Shown piece after piece: positions 1 to 28,344 of a stretch of DNA of 64,000 nt. Numbering within the stretch: the first letter of the stretch is position 1; every line of letters begins with the position of its first letter. Under the pieces are notes generated by a model. The model worked only from the letters and a program-made list of their open reading frames with translations, made no database searches and was not told where the DNA came from. Source of the DNA: the human T2T-CHM13v2.0 reference genome, Homo sapiens; the NCBI RefSeq assembly GCF_009914755.1, contig NC_060943.1. The stretch is one strand, 5' to 3'. Made by a program: the position numbers and the translations under genes.

Positions 1-726
<726 letters not shown>

Positions 727-899
727 TCACTGCCCTTTCGCAGCATCGCCACCCATGGACACTCAAACCTCGGCCTCGGCTTCCATCCGCTCGGCTCCCA
801 CGCACCTACACCCACTCGCCAGCCCCACTGCTCCTCGCTGTCCCCAAGTCCCACCCCCCACCGCTTTTCCCTAAAGCGAAGAGGCCCTGCCCGCCCCAG

Positions 900-1560
900 C
901 CCACCGCCTCCCCCGCCTCGGCTCCAATTCAGGACCGATCTCCACGCCCCTGCCCCTTGCCCCTTCAGGGACTCAGACCGCCAGCCTCGAGAGCGGGGGA
1001 CTGCCACGGGCTCAGGATGTCGCATCCCTCCAGACCCGGAGCGCACGCCCGGGTCTCCCCGCCAGCCCCCATCGGCCTCCCCTGGCCTCCCCGAGGGATG
1101 CCTGCACCTGCCGGGAGGCAGAGCGGCCCCGCTGCCCGCGAACGGGCTCCGGGAGACAAAGAGCCGCGTCCCGGGCCCGACCCCTCCCCCAGCCGGGCCT
1201 GGCCCGCGCCCAGCCTCTCCACCTGCTCGCGTCGCGCTCACCTCCGCCTCCGGCCTCCGGCCGCTCCTCACAGAGTCGCCTGGGGTGGGGCCCGGGCCGG
1301 AGCGACGCGGTGGCCGCCAGCGGCGAGGAGGCGAGGGGAGGGGGCTGCGGGCTGCGGCGCCGGGGGAGCCGAGCCGGTCCCGCCCCTCGGCCGCGGGCGG
1401 GAGAGCCGGGGGCGCGCGCTCGATCCGGACCCGGGAGCGCGGCCGGCGGAAGCGCGCCGAGGGGGATGGGGGAGAAGCGCGCTTTGGAGAGAAGGGTGGC
1501 TTCTCTGCGGTCCGGGGGAAGCCTGTTTCCCCAGCTGCGCCTGAGGAACCCAGATAGTCA
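900..1560 (-). promoter_or_regulatory. PRR36: PRR36 CpG-island promoter and non-coding exon 1 (donor GAG|GTGAGC, exon ends at 1242)
   Basis: Dense CpG/GC-rich segment with a strong minus-strand donor at 1241. Exact TSS cannot be determined from sequence. Confidence 0.7.
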
Positions 1561-2153
1561 ACGGTTGGGACTGGGGGAGCAAATCCCTGGGGTCCTCCAC
1601 TGTCCTTCCCAACACATACACCTGCCCCGACCCCCACCACAACCACCTGGCACCAAGGACCGCCTGGACGCGGATAGGCTGGGCCCTGGCAACCAGGAGG
1701 CGGGACCACCGCGCCTCTGGCCCACACACCAATCCGGCCGCTCGGTGGCCCTGGCACTATCCAGTCCTTCGCGTCTGCGAAAGCTAGGCCGCCCAGGGTC
1801 TCTGGGGGGCAGCCGCCCTCCGCCCCACACCCGAAGGTGTTCCCCAGACGCCAGGAAACCCCTTATCTGGTTGGGGGGTCGAGGGACTGCTAAGAGAATG
1901 CTGCCCTGGGAATTTCAGGATGCAAGGTAGACCCCAGATTTTGGGGAAGATAAAGAAAGGAATAGGAGGGAGAGCGACAGGAGACACAGTATATTCTGTG
2001 AGAGGTGACCCAGCCGTCTGCAGGGTAGAGCACGCCCACCCTCCACACCCTCCCAGCTAACGGGATGTCAAGTCAGCCCAGACTTCCTGGCAGAGCTGGG
2101 CTTCCGGGGGACAAGGTTCTGTCGACCTAGCAGGTGTCAAAACAAGTGCATAA

Positions 2154-2495
<342 letters not shown>

Positions 2496-2667
2496 TTACA
2501 AGGGTCCCAGCCCAGCCGGAGCGAGTGGGAGGTGTCCTGTTGCTGACTTCAGCCAGGGCAGGGGCCTCGGTGGAGAGCGGTGCTCCAGGACTGTGGCATG
2601 AAGAGGGTGGGAGCCTGAGGGTGGAAATGGCCATTCCTCAGCTCCCTCTCCTTATAAGAAGAGTCTG

Positions 2668-2978
2668 GGCCGGGCATGGTGGCTCAGGCCTGTAATCCCA
2701 GTACTTTGGGAGGCCGAGGTGGGCGGATCACAAAGTCAGGAGATCGAGACCATCCTGGCTAACACGGTGAAACCTTGTCTCTACTAAAAATACAAAAAAT
2801 TAAACGGGCGTGGTGGTGGGCGCCTGTAGTCCCAGCTACTCGGGAGGCTGAGTATGGCCTGAGTATGGCTGAGAATGGCGTGAACCCAGGAGGCAGAGCT
2901 TGCAGTGAGCCGAAATCGTGCCACTGTATTCCAGCCTGGGCGACAGTGCAAGACTCTGTCACACATGCACAAAAAAAG
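2668..2978 (+). mobile_element. AluY-like SINE with a small internal duplication (ctgagtatggc)
   Basis: GAGATCGAGACCATCCTGGCTAACACGG and GGCGTGAACCC, both AluY-type diagnostic strings. Confidence 0.9.
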
Positions 2979-3479
2979 AGTCTGGCCTTGTCACCTCTGT
3001 CGGCCAAGTCCCCTCCTCATATGGCCTCCATGAGCTTTCCGCCTGGATGTCGCATCCCTCCAGACTTACAGCCACTTTTTACCCCATTCCAGGAAACCAG
3101 CGCCCTGTGCCCCACTGCTAACCCCATCGCAAGCTCATATGCACAGTTCACTCCCTCCTGGAAATCAGGGGGCCTCCATGCACAGGAAACAGATAATGCA
3201 ACTTGGCATCGGGTGAACTGGGGTTGGGGGGTAGGGACGTTGCGCCCATTTGAGGTTGCAGAAATGGAAGGCAGAGAAAAATGACAGAGCTGAATGCCAT
3301 GCTTTGACCTCCAGATTGGATCATCCTAGGCCTTATCTTCTCCCTCAGTCTAGCAATGATCACCCGTGTGAACCCCTTGTGGCATGACACCAGCCTGGTT
3401 CCCTGTCTACCCACCCACACCCAGTGCCTCCTTCCAAATCACATCCACCAACACAGATCCCTGCCCTCCTATTTATTTA

Positions 3480-4330
<851 letters not shown>

Positions 4331-4429
4331 ACCTGCCTTCTGACTATGATGCAAGGGTTCCTCCAGGGTACACAAAACCCACCCTGTAATTAATTGGGAT
4401 CTGGACTCTGCCCTCTTATAAAAACACTC

Positions 4430-4685
4430 CCAAAACCTCCATCAACAAGAGGGATGAGTAACATGAATCAAAGTGTCCCCTACAATGGAATGAAACTTGG
4501 CAACAGAAAGGAACAGACTATGCTACTCTCAAAACAGGGACTAATCTCAAAAGCACACCGAACAAAAGAAGCTACAAAAAACACGCACTGTATGATTCCA
4601 TTTATAGAACATTCCAGAAAATGCGACTAATCTGTAGTTACAGACAGCACATCAGTGGTTGCTTGGAACAGGTGGGGGAGGGACA
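4430..4685 (+). mobile_element. Ancient L1M 3'-end fragment
   Basis: tacaatggaat...tgtatgattccatttata...atcagtggttgc, typical of the L1M 3'UTR consensus. Confidence 0.7.
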
Positions 4686-4866
4686 TTGAATGAACTGCCC
4701 AGCGTAGCCACTCTTAGGCATGTGACTCTCAGGTGAGGGCCAGGCGACTGTAGTCCCAGCTACTGGGGAGGCTAAGACAGGAGGATCCCCTTGAGGCCGG
4801 GAGTTTGAGGCCAGCTAGGGAAATATAAGGAGACCCCGTCTCTAAAAGAAAAATAAATAAATCACA

Positions 4867-5180
4867 AATATATATGTATATGTGTGTGTGTATATATATA
4901 CATATATACATATATATACATATATACATATATACGTATATACGCATATATACATATATACATATATACGTATATACGCATATATACATATATACATATA
5001 TACGTATATACGCATATATACATATATACATATATACGTATATACGCATATATACATATATACATATATACGTGTATACGCATATATACATATATACATA
5101 TATACGTGTATACGCATATATACATATATACGTGTATACGCATATATACATATATATACATATATACATATATATATATA
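4867..5180. repeat. Alternating purine-pyrimidine minisatellite, about 34-bp unit (CATATATACGTATATACGCATATATACATATATA)
   Basis: Visible periodicity; the translated frames repeat every 34 aa (3 units). Confidence 0.9.
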
Positions 5181-5256
5181 TTTTTTTTTTGAGACAGAGT
5201 CTCACTCTGTCACCCAGGCTGGAGTGCAATGGCGTGATCTTGGCCCTAATTTTTAA

Positions 5257-7190
<1,934 letters not shown>

Positions 7191-7191
7191 C

Positions 7192-7635
7192 CATATATAT
7201 ATATGTATATATAAATATATTATATATATAAATATAAAAAAATATATAAATATATTATATATAAATATAAAATATACATATAAATATATTATCTATAAAT
7301 ATAATATATATAAATATATTATCTATAAATATAAAATATATATAAATATATTATCTATAAATATAAAATATATATAAATATATTTATATATATATAATAT
7401 ATTATATATATATAATATATTATATATATATAAATATATTATATATATAAATATAAAATATATATAAATATATTATATATATAAATATAAAATATATATA
7501 AATATATTATATATAAATATAAAATATATATAAATATATTATATATAAATATAAAATATATATAAATATATTATATATAAATATAAAATATATATAAATA
7601 TATATAAATATAAAATATATATAAATATACATATA
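7192..7635. repeat. Nearly pure AT minisatellite, about 32-bp unit (AATATATTATATATAAATATAAAATATATATA)
   Basis: About 440 bp with almost no G/C; periodic. Confidence 0.9.
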
Positions 7636-8477
<842 letters not shown>

Positions 8478-8504
8478 TAACTCACATTCCAAAATCTTAG
8501 AAGC

Positions 8505-9470
<966 letters not shown>

Positions 9471-10224
9471 TCAAGACCCCGTCTCTACAAAAAAAAAAAA
9501 AAAATCTAAAAAATAGCTGGGTGCGGTGGCACACACCTGTAGTCCCAGCTACTTGGGAGGCTGAAGTGGGGAGGATCACCTGAGCCCAAGGGTTCGAGGC
9601 TACAGTGAGCTATGATGAAACCATTGCACACCAGTCTGGGTGACAGAGCAAGACCTCATCTCCAAAATTAAAAAAAAATTAAACTGGCCAATTTTATATT
9701 ATATTGGACCAAAATTTAAATTTTTTTCTTTTTTCCTTTTAATTTCAGGAGAAACCTTAAAAGCCAATTGAAAAAATATGTCTTCTTTCTTAGAGACGAT
9801 GCCTCACTCTGTTGCTCAGGAAGGAGTACAATGGTGCAATAGTAGCTCACTGTAGCCTCAACTTCCTGGGCTTAAGCATTTCTCCCACCTCAGTCTCCCA
9901 AATAGCTGGAACCACAGGCATGCGCCACTGTGCCCGGCTACTTTTTTTTTTTTTTTTTTTTTTGTAGAGACGGGGTCTCAGGTCTCACTGTTGCCCAGGC
10001 TGGTCTCAAACCCCTGGGCTCAAGCGATCCTCCTGCCTCAGCCTCCCAAAGTGCTGGGATTACACGCATGAGCCACCGTGACTGACCCATATTTTTTTTA
10101 AGCTAGATATTATCATGTGGAAAGACTCACACAGTAGCAATGGGAATGTAAAGTGGGCAGCCTTTCTGATAAATAATTGGAAAGGATTGAGTATTGGTGT
10201 GCTATGACTCAGCCATCCCACTCA

Positions 10225-10308
10225 GCATCTATACCTGCAGCAGGTGCATCTATACCTGCGGCAGGTGCATCTATACCTGCGGCAGGTGCATCTATATCTA
10301 CAGCAGGT
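10225..10308. repeat. 4 x 21-bp tandem repeat GCATCTATACCTGCGGCAGGT
   Basis: Units start at 10225, 10246, 10267 and 10288. Confidence 0.92.
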
Positions 10309-10543
10309 ACCATACCACCCTGTCTATATCCCTGAGCACTCACAGTCCCTGTGGGCAGGGAACTCAGAAGTGCCAGAGAGTTAACACCTCTCCACCTCCC
10401 TTCTCTGGAGCAACCCTTAGGCAGGGACAGACAGGAGCTGGTGGAGAAATACTTCAATTTCCTCGACCCTGTAATCCCAGCTACTCAGGAGGCTGAGGCA
10501 GGAGAATGGCTTGAACCCGGGAGGCGGAGGTTGCAGTGAGCTA

Positions 10544-10786
<243 letters not shown>

Positions 10787-11098
10787 TCAGCAGGCTGGGA
10801 GACTCACTTGAACCCAGTGAGGTTGCAGTGAGCTGAGATTGCACCACTGCACTTCAGCCTGGGAGACAGAGTGAGACTCCATCTCTCAAAAAAAAAAAAA
10901 AAAAGCTTATTTCAGCATGTGGTTGCAAACATCCCCAGGGCACAGATCCCAAGAAACCTCTCAGAAGACAGGAAGTAGGCCAGGCATGGTGCCTCATGCC
11001 TGTAACCCCAGCACTTTGGGAGGCCAAGACGGTAGGATCTGCTTGGGCCCAGGAGTTTCAGACCAGCCTGGGCAACATAGTAAGACTCTGTCTCTATA

Positions 11099-11130
<32 letters not shown>

Positions 11131-11264
11131 CAGCAGATGTGGTGGTGCATGCCTGTGGACCTAGCTACTTGGGAGGGAGGGTGAGGCAGGAGGATCACCT
11201 GAGCCCAGGAGTTCAAGGCTGCAGTGAGCTAGGATCATGCCACTGCATGCCAGCCTGGGCAACA

Positions 11265-11712
11265 GAGGGAGAAAAAAAAGAAGAATGAAGAAGGAGGAGG
11301 AGGAAAGGAGAAGGAGAAGAAGGAGGAGGAGAACAGAAAGTGGAGGAGGAGAAGGAGGGGAAAGAGGGAGGAGGAGGAGGGGCAAAGAAAAAGGAAAGGA
11401 AAGAAAGAAAAGAAAGGAAGGAAGGAAGGAGAGAGGAGGGGGAGGAGGAGGGGGAGGAGAAGGAAGGCAAGGAGGAGGAGAGGGAGGAGGAGGGGGAGGG
11501 GGAGGAGGGGGAGGAGGAAGATGGGAGGGGGAGGGGGAGGAGAGGGAGGAGGAAGATGGGGAGGGGGAGGGGAGGAGGGGGGAGGAGAGGGAGGAGGAAG
11601 ATGGGGAGGGGGAGAGGAGGAGGGGGGAGGAGAGGGAGGAGGAAGATGGGGAGGGGGAGGGGAGGAGGGGGAGGGGGAGGGGGAGGAGGAGGAGGAGAAG
11701 GCGAAGGCGAAG
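11265..11712 (+). repeat. Polypurine (GA-rich) tract with about 45-bp internal repeats, expanded from an Alu tail
   Basis: About 450 bp almost entirely G/A; unit gaggaggaagatggggagggggaggggaggagggggggaggagagg. Confidence 0.9.
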
Positions 11713-11742
11713 GCCTAGTGCAGTGACTCACACCTGTAATCA

Positions 11743-12051
<309 letters not shown>

Positions 12052-12272
12052 TCACCTGAGGTCGGGAGTTCGAGACCAGCCTGACCAACGTGGAGAAACT
12101 CCATCTCTACCAAAAATACAAAATTAGCCGAGTGGTGGCGCATGCCTGTAATCCCAGCTACTCGGGAGGCTGAGGCTGGGAATTGCTTGAACCCCGGAGG
12201 CGGAGGTTGCGGTGAGCAGCGATCACGCCATTGCACTCCGGCCTGGGCAACAACAGCAAAACTCCATGAAAC

Positions 12273-12340
12273 AAAGAAGGAAAGAAAGAAGAAAGGAAGG
12301 AAGGAAAGAAGGAAGGAAGGAAGGAAGGAAGACAGGAAGA
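12273..12340 (+). repeat. GGAA/GAAA microsatellite in an Alu tail
   Basis: (GGAA)5 at 12311-12330 within a purine tract. Confidence 0.85.
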
Positions 12341-12512
12341 GTCACTCCAAAGTAGAGACAACCTTTCTCACAGGTCCCTTCCTCAAAGCGGTCTTCAAGG
12401 AACCCCTTGTCCCTTGCTACCGCTTCACCTTGCTTTGTTATATATACAACATTTGTCACAAACTGGCATTACCTTGTTCTTCCGTTTGTCTTTTGTTTTG
12501 TTTTGTTTTTAA

Positions 12513-12829
<317 letters not shown>

Positions 12830-13202
12830 TGACTAATTCTTCTATCATTTTTATTTATTTTTTGTAGAGATGGGATCTCACTATGTTGCTCAGGCTGATC
12901 TCAGACTCCTGGGCTCAAGCGATCCACCCACCTTGGTCAGCCTCCTAAACTGCTGGGATTTAAGGCGTGAGCCACCCCACCTGGTCTCCTTTATTAGTTT
13001 ACTTAGTGTATCTCTCCCACCCACTAGGACAGAAGCTCTCAGAGAGTAGAGAGCCTTGCTGGTCTTGTCCTGCAAGGAAGCTGCAGATGCCGACAGACAA
13101 CAGGTGCTCTTAAAGCTCTACTAAATCCAAAAGGAAGTTTTGTCTTTGGACTCCCTGTGGCGGTGCCCAGAAGGTCCCTGACTTACAAGTTTCCAACCCT
13201 AG

Positions 13203-13789
<587 letters not shown>

Positions 13790-13925
13790 TAATTTTTGTA
13801 TTTTTAGTAGAGACAGGGTTTCACCATGTTGGCCAGGCTGGTCTCAAACGCCTGACCTCAGGTGATCCACCCTCCTCAGCCTCCGAAAGTGCTAGATTAC
13901 AGGTGTAAGCCACTGTGACCAGCCC

Positions 13926-14387
<462 letters not shown>

Positions 14388-15339
14388 TCCAAGGTTTTTC
14401 AGACGGAGAACAGATCAAGGTCCACCTCCACAGATTTGCTCATCTAAGACCCAGCTCAGGCCTCCCAAGTGGGGCGGCCAGGGTGGGGGTGGGGAGGCAG
14501 AGAAGCTGGGCCCCCCAGGACTTCGGAGCTGCTTGTGCCCCACTCCCCACCTGGAGGGCAGACCACAGTGTTGGGCAGGGACAGACAGGAGGGCATCCCC
14601 ACTCTACTCAACTTCCGTTGGTTCAGCCCAGTTCCCGCCCATGGCCAGAGCTTGAAGGGAGAAGCCGTCCCCTCCCCGTCCTCTCCTCCCGCAACTCCAC
14701 TCCCAGCACCTGAAAACTGCAGTCACCTGTGCCTTGGCTGGGCTTTAAGGCCAGGTGACTGGGCCTTGCGGGGTTAGAAGGAGCCCTTCCGCACTTCCTC
14801 TTTTTCTTTTTTTTCTTTTGGAGACAGGGTCCTTCTTGGTGGCCCAGGCTGGAGTGCAGTGGCATGATCGTAGCTCGCTGCAGCCTCTCAACTTCCCAGA
14901 TTCAGGTGATCCTTCCACCTCGGCCTCCAGAGTAGCTGGGACTACAGGCACACACCACCACACCTGGCTAATTTTTAAAATTTTGTTTTTGTAGGTTTTA
15001 AAATTTTTTGTAGAGATGTGGTCCCACTATATTGCTCAGGCTGGTTTCAAACTCCTAGGCCCAAGGTATCCTCCTGCCTCGGCCTCCCAAAGTGTTGGAT
15101 TACAGGCGTGAGTCACAGAGCCCGGCCTCCACATTTTCTCGACAGGGTCCGTAAGACCTGGTTCCCAGAAAGGTGGCCGTAGAATGGCTTTGGGAGTTCA
15201 GCGTCCCCAGCTCCCTCAGTTTCCCCAGCTGCCAGGGTCCAGCCAGACTGCAAAGTTGCAAAGTTCTAAGACCCCTGCATCTCCCGCCAGCCCCGAGCCC
15301 ACCAGGGCAAAGCAGCCTAAGACGGCTGTCTTCCCCCAA

Positions 15340-15780
15340 CCCTGCTGATCGCGCGGCGCCTGGAGTAGGGTCGACCTGGGCGCGCCTGCGGCGAGGCGGG
15401 GCCGAGTCGTCCGGGGGCGGGGCGGGGCGGCTCCGGGTCTCCTGTCCCCGCCTGCCCTGACTCACCCTCGCGGCCCGCCCGGGAACTCTGCGGGAGTCGC
15501 GGCAGCTCCGCTCCCAGAGACCCAGGAGTTGGGCCCAGCGTCCCTCCCGGAACGGTGAGTAGGTGGCTCTTTGCCTCTGGACACCCCACGAGGTGGCAGG
15601 GTGGGGGTCGGGCTGGGAGTCCCCGGGTCTGGACAAGGGGCAGAGCCGCTCCAGGTGCGCCGGCCCTGTGGCCGGGGCAGGCCGTCCCGACACACCAGGA
15701 GCTGGGGTGGGGGTGCCGGCCGGTGCAAAGGGAAACCTGGCCCACGAGGTGCCCGTCCTGGGAGCCAGGCAGACGCGGCC
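15340..15780 (+). promoter_or_regulatory. LRRC8E: LRRC8E CpG-island promoter and non-coding exon 1 (ends 15554, donor GTGAGT)
   Basis: Tandem GC boxes at 15413-15431, AP-1 TGACTCA at 15458-15464, donor ACG|GTGAGT at 15555. Confidence 0.8.
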
Positions 15781-16059
15781 AAGTCTCAGAGTGAAGATAA
15801 ACAGGCTGAAGATAAACTTGACTTTGGGGGTCTCAACCACTTTCCCCTCCCCTTGGCATCTGGGAAGACATTGACAACTCATCCCCGGGAGACTCTCAGA
15901 GCTCCAGAACCTACCACTTGGGGTGGGTTCAACCAAGCCTGACCTCTGGTGCTCTTGAACTTACACATGTCCCAGATCTTCAAGTCTGCTGGCAGAGGCG
16001 GCTTGGAAAACCACTCGGCTGGGAATCCGCAGGCCTGGGGCCTGACCCAGGACGGGCTA

Positions 16060-21480
<5,421 letters not shown>

Positions 21481-22557
21481 CCAGTTACAGATTATCTATC
21501 TGGACAAGGACAGGAGGCTCCCAGGAGTGGGGGAACTTGGATGTTGGCAGAAGTGGGCTGGTCTAAGGTTCCCCACCTTCCTTGTTCCACCTCCAGCCTC
21601 TGGGGAAGTAGGTACCTGCCTGGGAGAGTGACATCTCAGCTCATGCCCCACGCCCCAGTGTGATTTGTGGCTGGCCTGTCTGTATCTGTAATAGTGATAG
21701 CTTGGTCTAAAAGGAGACCCTGGGAACAGACAGAGTGGGCCGGCCAGGAGCCTGACAGCACAGCCCTAGCCTGGTCGCAGATGTCACCTGACAACTTTCC
21801 ATTTGCAAATCCTCCTTCCTCCTCGGACATCCGGACACCCCATTGCCCCCTCTCAGAGCCCAGGTCTCTGGTTTCTGCCTGTGATTCTGGGCTGTAGCCC
21901 CTTTAGAAACTCAGGTGTCCTGGTCACCTCCTACCCCCAGGGCTGACTAGCCTTCAGCTTGGCAGTCCCTGCCCCTGGGGCCCTAGTAACCAGAGCCAGG
22001 CTCCAGCCGGCTTTTCCGGTTAGAGGTTGGAGGTGGTGCCCAGAGTGCCCCTGGAGGGGGTGGAGGGGCCTACGCCCCGGAAGTCCTGAGCCTTGGAACG
22101 CTTTCAGGCCTGGTGGCGGTGGGAGCCGGGGCTGGCCCAGACGCTGAGTGTCTGCAGTCAGGGAGCATCGAGGCAGATGTTTTCAGGCCTTGGTGTCAGG
22201 GGTGGGAGAGGGATGCCTCGTTTTGGGGAGGGGGCCACCCGAGGAGGCTGGAGGGCGGCGGCCCTGTGGACTATCCCTCATGTGCTCTTCGAGGTCAGAC
22301 AAGTCAGATCAGGTGCAGGGGTGCCCAGAGGGGAACAGTGGCCGCTTGGTTCTGGGCAGGTGGTGACGTCTGCATGGAGGGTGACTAAGGCCAGGCTAAG
22401 AGGGAAGTGGGGGCACACACTTTGGTGGTTTGGACAAGTTTGGGCAGGGAGGGTCACAGGCCTGCCTGTGTCCGGCTCCTCGGAGGACCCCCTGCAGAGC
22501 CTCCCATCCTGAGGGTCTCTCTCTACACCCCCCGTCTCGTCCCGTCCCACAGGCAGC

Positions 22558-22695
22558 ATGATCCCAGTGGCCGAGTTCAAGCAGTTCACGGAACAGCAGC
22601 CTGCGTTCAAGGTGCTCAAACCCTGGTGGGACGTGCTGGCCGAGTACCTCACCGTGGCCATGCTCATGATTGGGGTCTTTGGCTGCACCCTCCAG
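22558..22695 (+). CDS. LRRC8E: LRRC8E coding exon 1 (exon 2), VRAC subunit N-terminus and TM1
   Basis: cccacag|GCAGCATG; [46 protein letters not shown]|gtgagg; 138 nt; LRRC8 signature KPWWD. Confidence 0.96.
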
Positions 22696-22894
22696 GTGAG
22701 GCCCTCCCCTGGCAAGGGGGTGTGACCAGAGGGGCGGGGCAGGTGTCTGGGGAAGTCGGGAAGCCTTCTCATCACCCAAGAAAGAGAGGAAACTGAAGAC
22801 AGAGCCCCACTCAAAGGCCAATCCAGACCCCTTATCTTCCTTACCTCCATAGCCAGGAGCACCGGAGTCCCCACATTGCTATGCCATTCCATAT

Positions 22895-25590
<2,696 letters not shown>

Positions 25591-25614
25591 CCCTCATTCT
25601 CTTTTGCTCCTCAG

Positions 25615-27867
25615 GTGACACAGGACAAGATCATCTGTCTACCCAATCATGAGCTCCAGGAGAACTTATCAGAGGCCCCGTGCCAGCAATTGCTGCCTCG
25701 GGGGATCCCTGAGCAGATTGGGGCCCTGCAGGAGGTTAAAGGCCTTAAGAACAATTTGGACCTGCAGCAATACAGCTTTATTAACCAGCTGTGTTATGAG
25801 ACGGCCCTGCACTGGTATGCCAAGTACTTCCCTTACCTCGTGGTCATTCACACACTCATCTTCATGGTCTGCACCAGTTTCTGGTTCAAGTTCCCTGGCA
25901 CCAGCTCCAAGATTGAACACTTCATCTCCATCCTGGGCAAGTGTTTCGACTCTCCATGGACCACCAGGGCCCTATCCGAGGTCTCCGGGGAGAACCAGAA
26001 GGGCCCAGCAGCCACCGAACGGGCTGCGGCCACCATAGTGGCCATGGCAGGGACCGGGCCGGGGAAGGCAGGGGAGGGTGAGAAGGAGAAAGTGCTGGCG
26101 GAACCGGAGAAGGTGGTGACCGAGCCTCCAGTTGTCACCCTGTTGGACAAGAAGGAGGGTGAGCAAGCCAAAGCCCTGTTTGAGAAGGTGAAGAAGTTCC
26201 GCATGCACGTGGAAGAGGGCGACATCCTGTACACCATGTACATCCGACAGACGGTGCTGAAAGTGTGTAAGTTCCTGGCCATCCTGGTCTACAACCTGGT
26301 CTATGTGGAGAAGATCAGTTTCCTGGTGGCCTGTAGGGTGGAGACGTCAGAGGTCACGGGCTACGCCAGCTTCTGCTGCAACCACACCAAGGCCCACCTC
26401 TTCTCCAAGCTGGCCTTCTGTTACATCTCCTTTGTGTGCATCTACGGACTTACCTGCATCTACACGCTCTACTGGCTCTTCCACCGGCCCCTCAAGGAGT
26501 ACTCCTTCCGTTCCGTGCGGGAGGAGACTGGCATGGGGGACATTCCTGACGTCAAGAATGACTTCGCCTTCATGCTGCACCTCATCGATCAGTACGACTC
26601 CCTCTACTCCAAGCGCTTCGCCGTCTTCCTGTCCGAGGTCAGCGAAAGCCGTCTAAAGCAGCTCAATCTCAACCACGAGTGGACGCCCGAGAAGCTTCGA
26701 CAGAAGCTGCAGCGCAATGCCGCGGGCCGGCTGGAGCTGGCCCTCTGCATGCTGCCGGGTCTGCCCGACACCGTCTTTGAGCTCAGTGAGGTGGAGTCAC
26801 TCAGGCTGGAGGCCATCTGCGATATCACCTTCCCCCCGGGGCTGTCACAGCTGGTGCACTTGCAGGAGCTCAGCTTGCTCCACTCGCCCGCCAGGCTACC
26901 CTTCTCCTTGCAGGTCTTCCTGCGGGACCACCTGAAGGTGATGCGCGTCAAATGCGAGGAGCTCCGCGAGGTGCCGCTTTGGGTGTTTGGGCTGCGGGGC
27001 TTGGAGGAGCTGCACCTGGAGGGGCTTTTCCCCCAGGAGCTAGCTCGGGCAGCCACCCTGGAGAGCCTCCGGGAGCTGAAGCAGCTCAAGGTGTTGTCCC
27101 TCCGGAGCAACGCCGGGAAGGTGCCAGCCAGTGTGACCGACGTTGCTGGCCACCTGCAGAGGCTCAGCCTGCACAACGATGGGGCCCGTCTGGTTGCCCT
27201 GAACAGCCTCAAGAAGCTGGCGGCATTGCGGGAGCTGGAGCTGGTGGCCTGCGGGCTGGAGCGCATCCCCCATGCAGTGTTCAGCCTGGGTGCGCTGCAG
27301 GAACTTGACCTCAAGGACAACCACCTGCGCTCCATCGAGGAAATCCTCAGCTTCCAGCACTGCCGGAAGCTGGTCACGCTCAGGCTGTGGCACAACCAGA
27401 TCGCCTACGTCCCTGAGCACGTGCGGAAGCTCAGGAGCCTGGAGCAGCTCTACCTCAGCTACAACAAGCTGGAGACCCTGCCCTCCCAGCTCGGCCTGTG
27501 CTCAGGCCTCCGTCTGCTGGATGTGTCCCACAATGGGCTACACTCCCTGCCACCCGAGGTGGGCCTCCTGCAGAACCTACAGCACCTGGCCCTCTCCTAC
27601 AATGCCCTGGAGGCCCTGCCCGAAGAGCTCTTCTTCTGCCGCAAGCTGCGGACGTTGCTTCTGGGCGACAACCAGCTGAGCCAGCTCTCGCCCCACGTGG
27701 GTGCCCTCAGAGCCCTCAGCCGCCTGGAGCTCAAAGGCAACCGCTTAGAGGCGCTGCCAGAAGAACTTGGCAACTGTGGGGGGCTCAAGAAGGCGGGGCT
27801 CCTGGTGGAAGACACGCTTTACCAGGGTCTGCCGGCAGAAGTGCGGGACAAGATGGAGGAGGAATGA
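25615..27867 (+). CDS. LRRC8E: LRRC8E last exon: pannexin-like TM domain plus leucine-rich repeats
   Basis: ctcctcag|GTGACA; [19 protein letters not shown], LxxLxLxxN repeats. 46+750 = 796 aa. Confidence 0.97.
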
Positions 27868-28344
27868 AGCTGGGGTGGGGCCGTTTTAGGTAGAGCCTTA
27901 AAAATGCTTCTGCCCTGGAATCTCAACCATTGTCTTCCAAGATAGGAAGCCAAGTGGGTCCAGGACAGGAGATGGGGGGGGCGGGGGCAGCTGTGTCATC
28001 TTTCTGGGGCCCAGGAGGATCTGGGCTGGTTTGTCTGGGGAGACAGACAGGATGTTGTGGAGCTGGGGTGGAACCTGGTATGGAGGGATTAACTCAGTCA
28101 TGGCATTCTCCGACCAAAACCACACCTGTGTCTCTGGCAGGCTGGCTGGCCTTGCTCCCATCCCTAGAACTGCTGCCTCTCCCTGGATATTCCAGCTCAA
28201 TTAGTGCCACATATGGGGGAAACGACACATCCCAGTGGGATTTCCAACACTCCCCCTCCCCATGCAACAAAGCAACTTACTTCTGGAGTTCTCTCCCAAG
28301 GAGAGGACACAGACACAGTTGTTTGCTGTGTTATATGTTAGCTC

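Noticed and set aside
1646-1666. RE1/REST-like motif CCTGGCACCAAGGACCGCCTG upstream of PRR36
   Set aside because: Only about 12 of 21 positions match and the key flanks (TCAG, ACAG) are broken.
10225-10308. CRISPR-like appearance of palindromic repeats (also 37738-37880 and 61336-61471)
   Set aside because: No unique spacers, and this is human DNA; these are simple tandem repeats.
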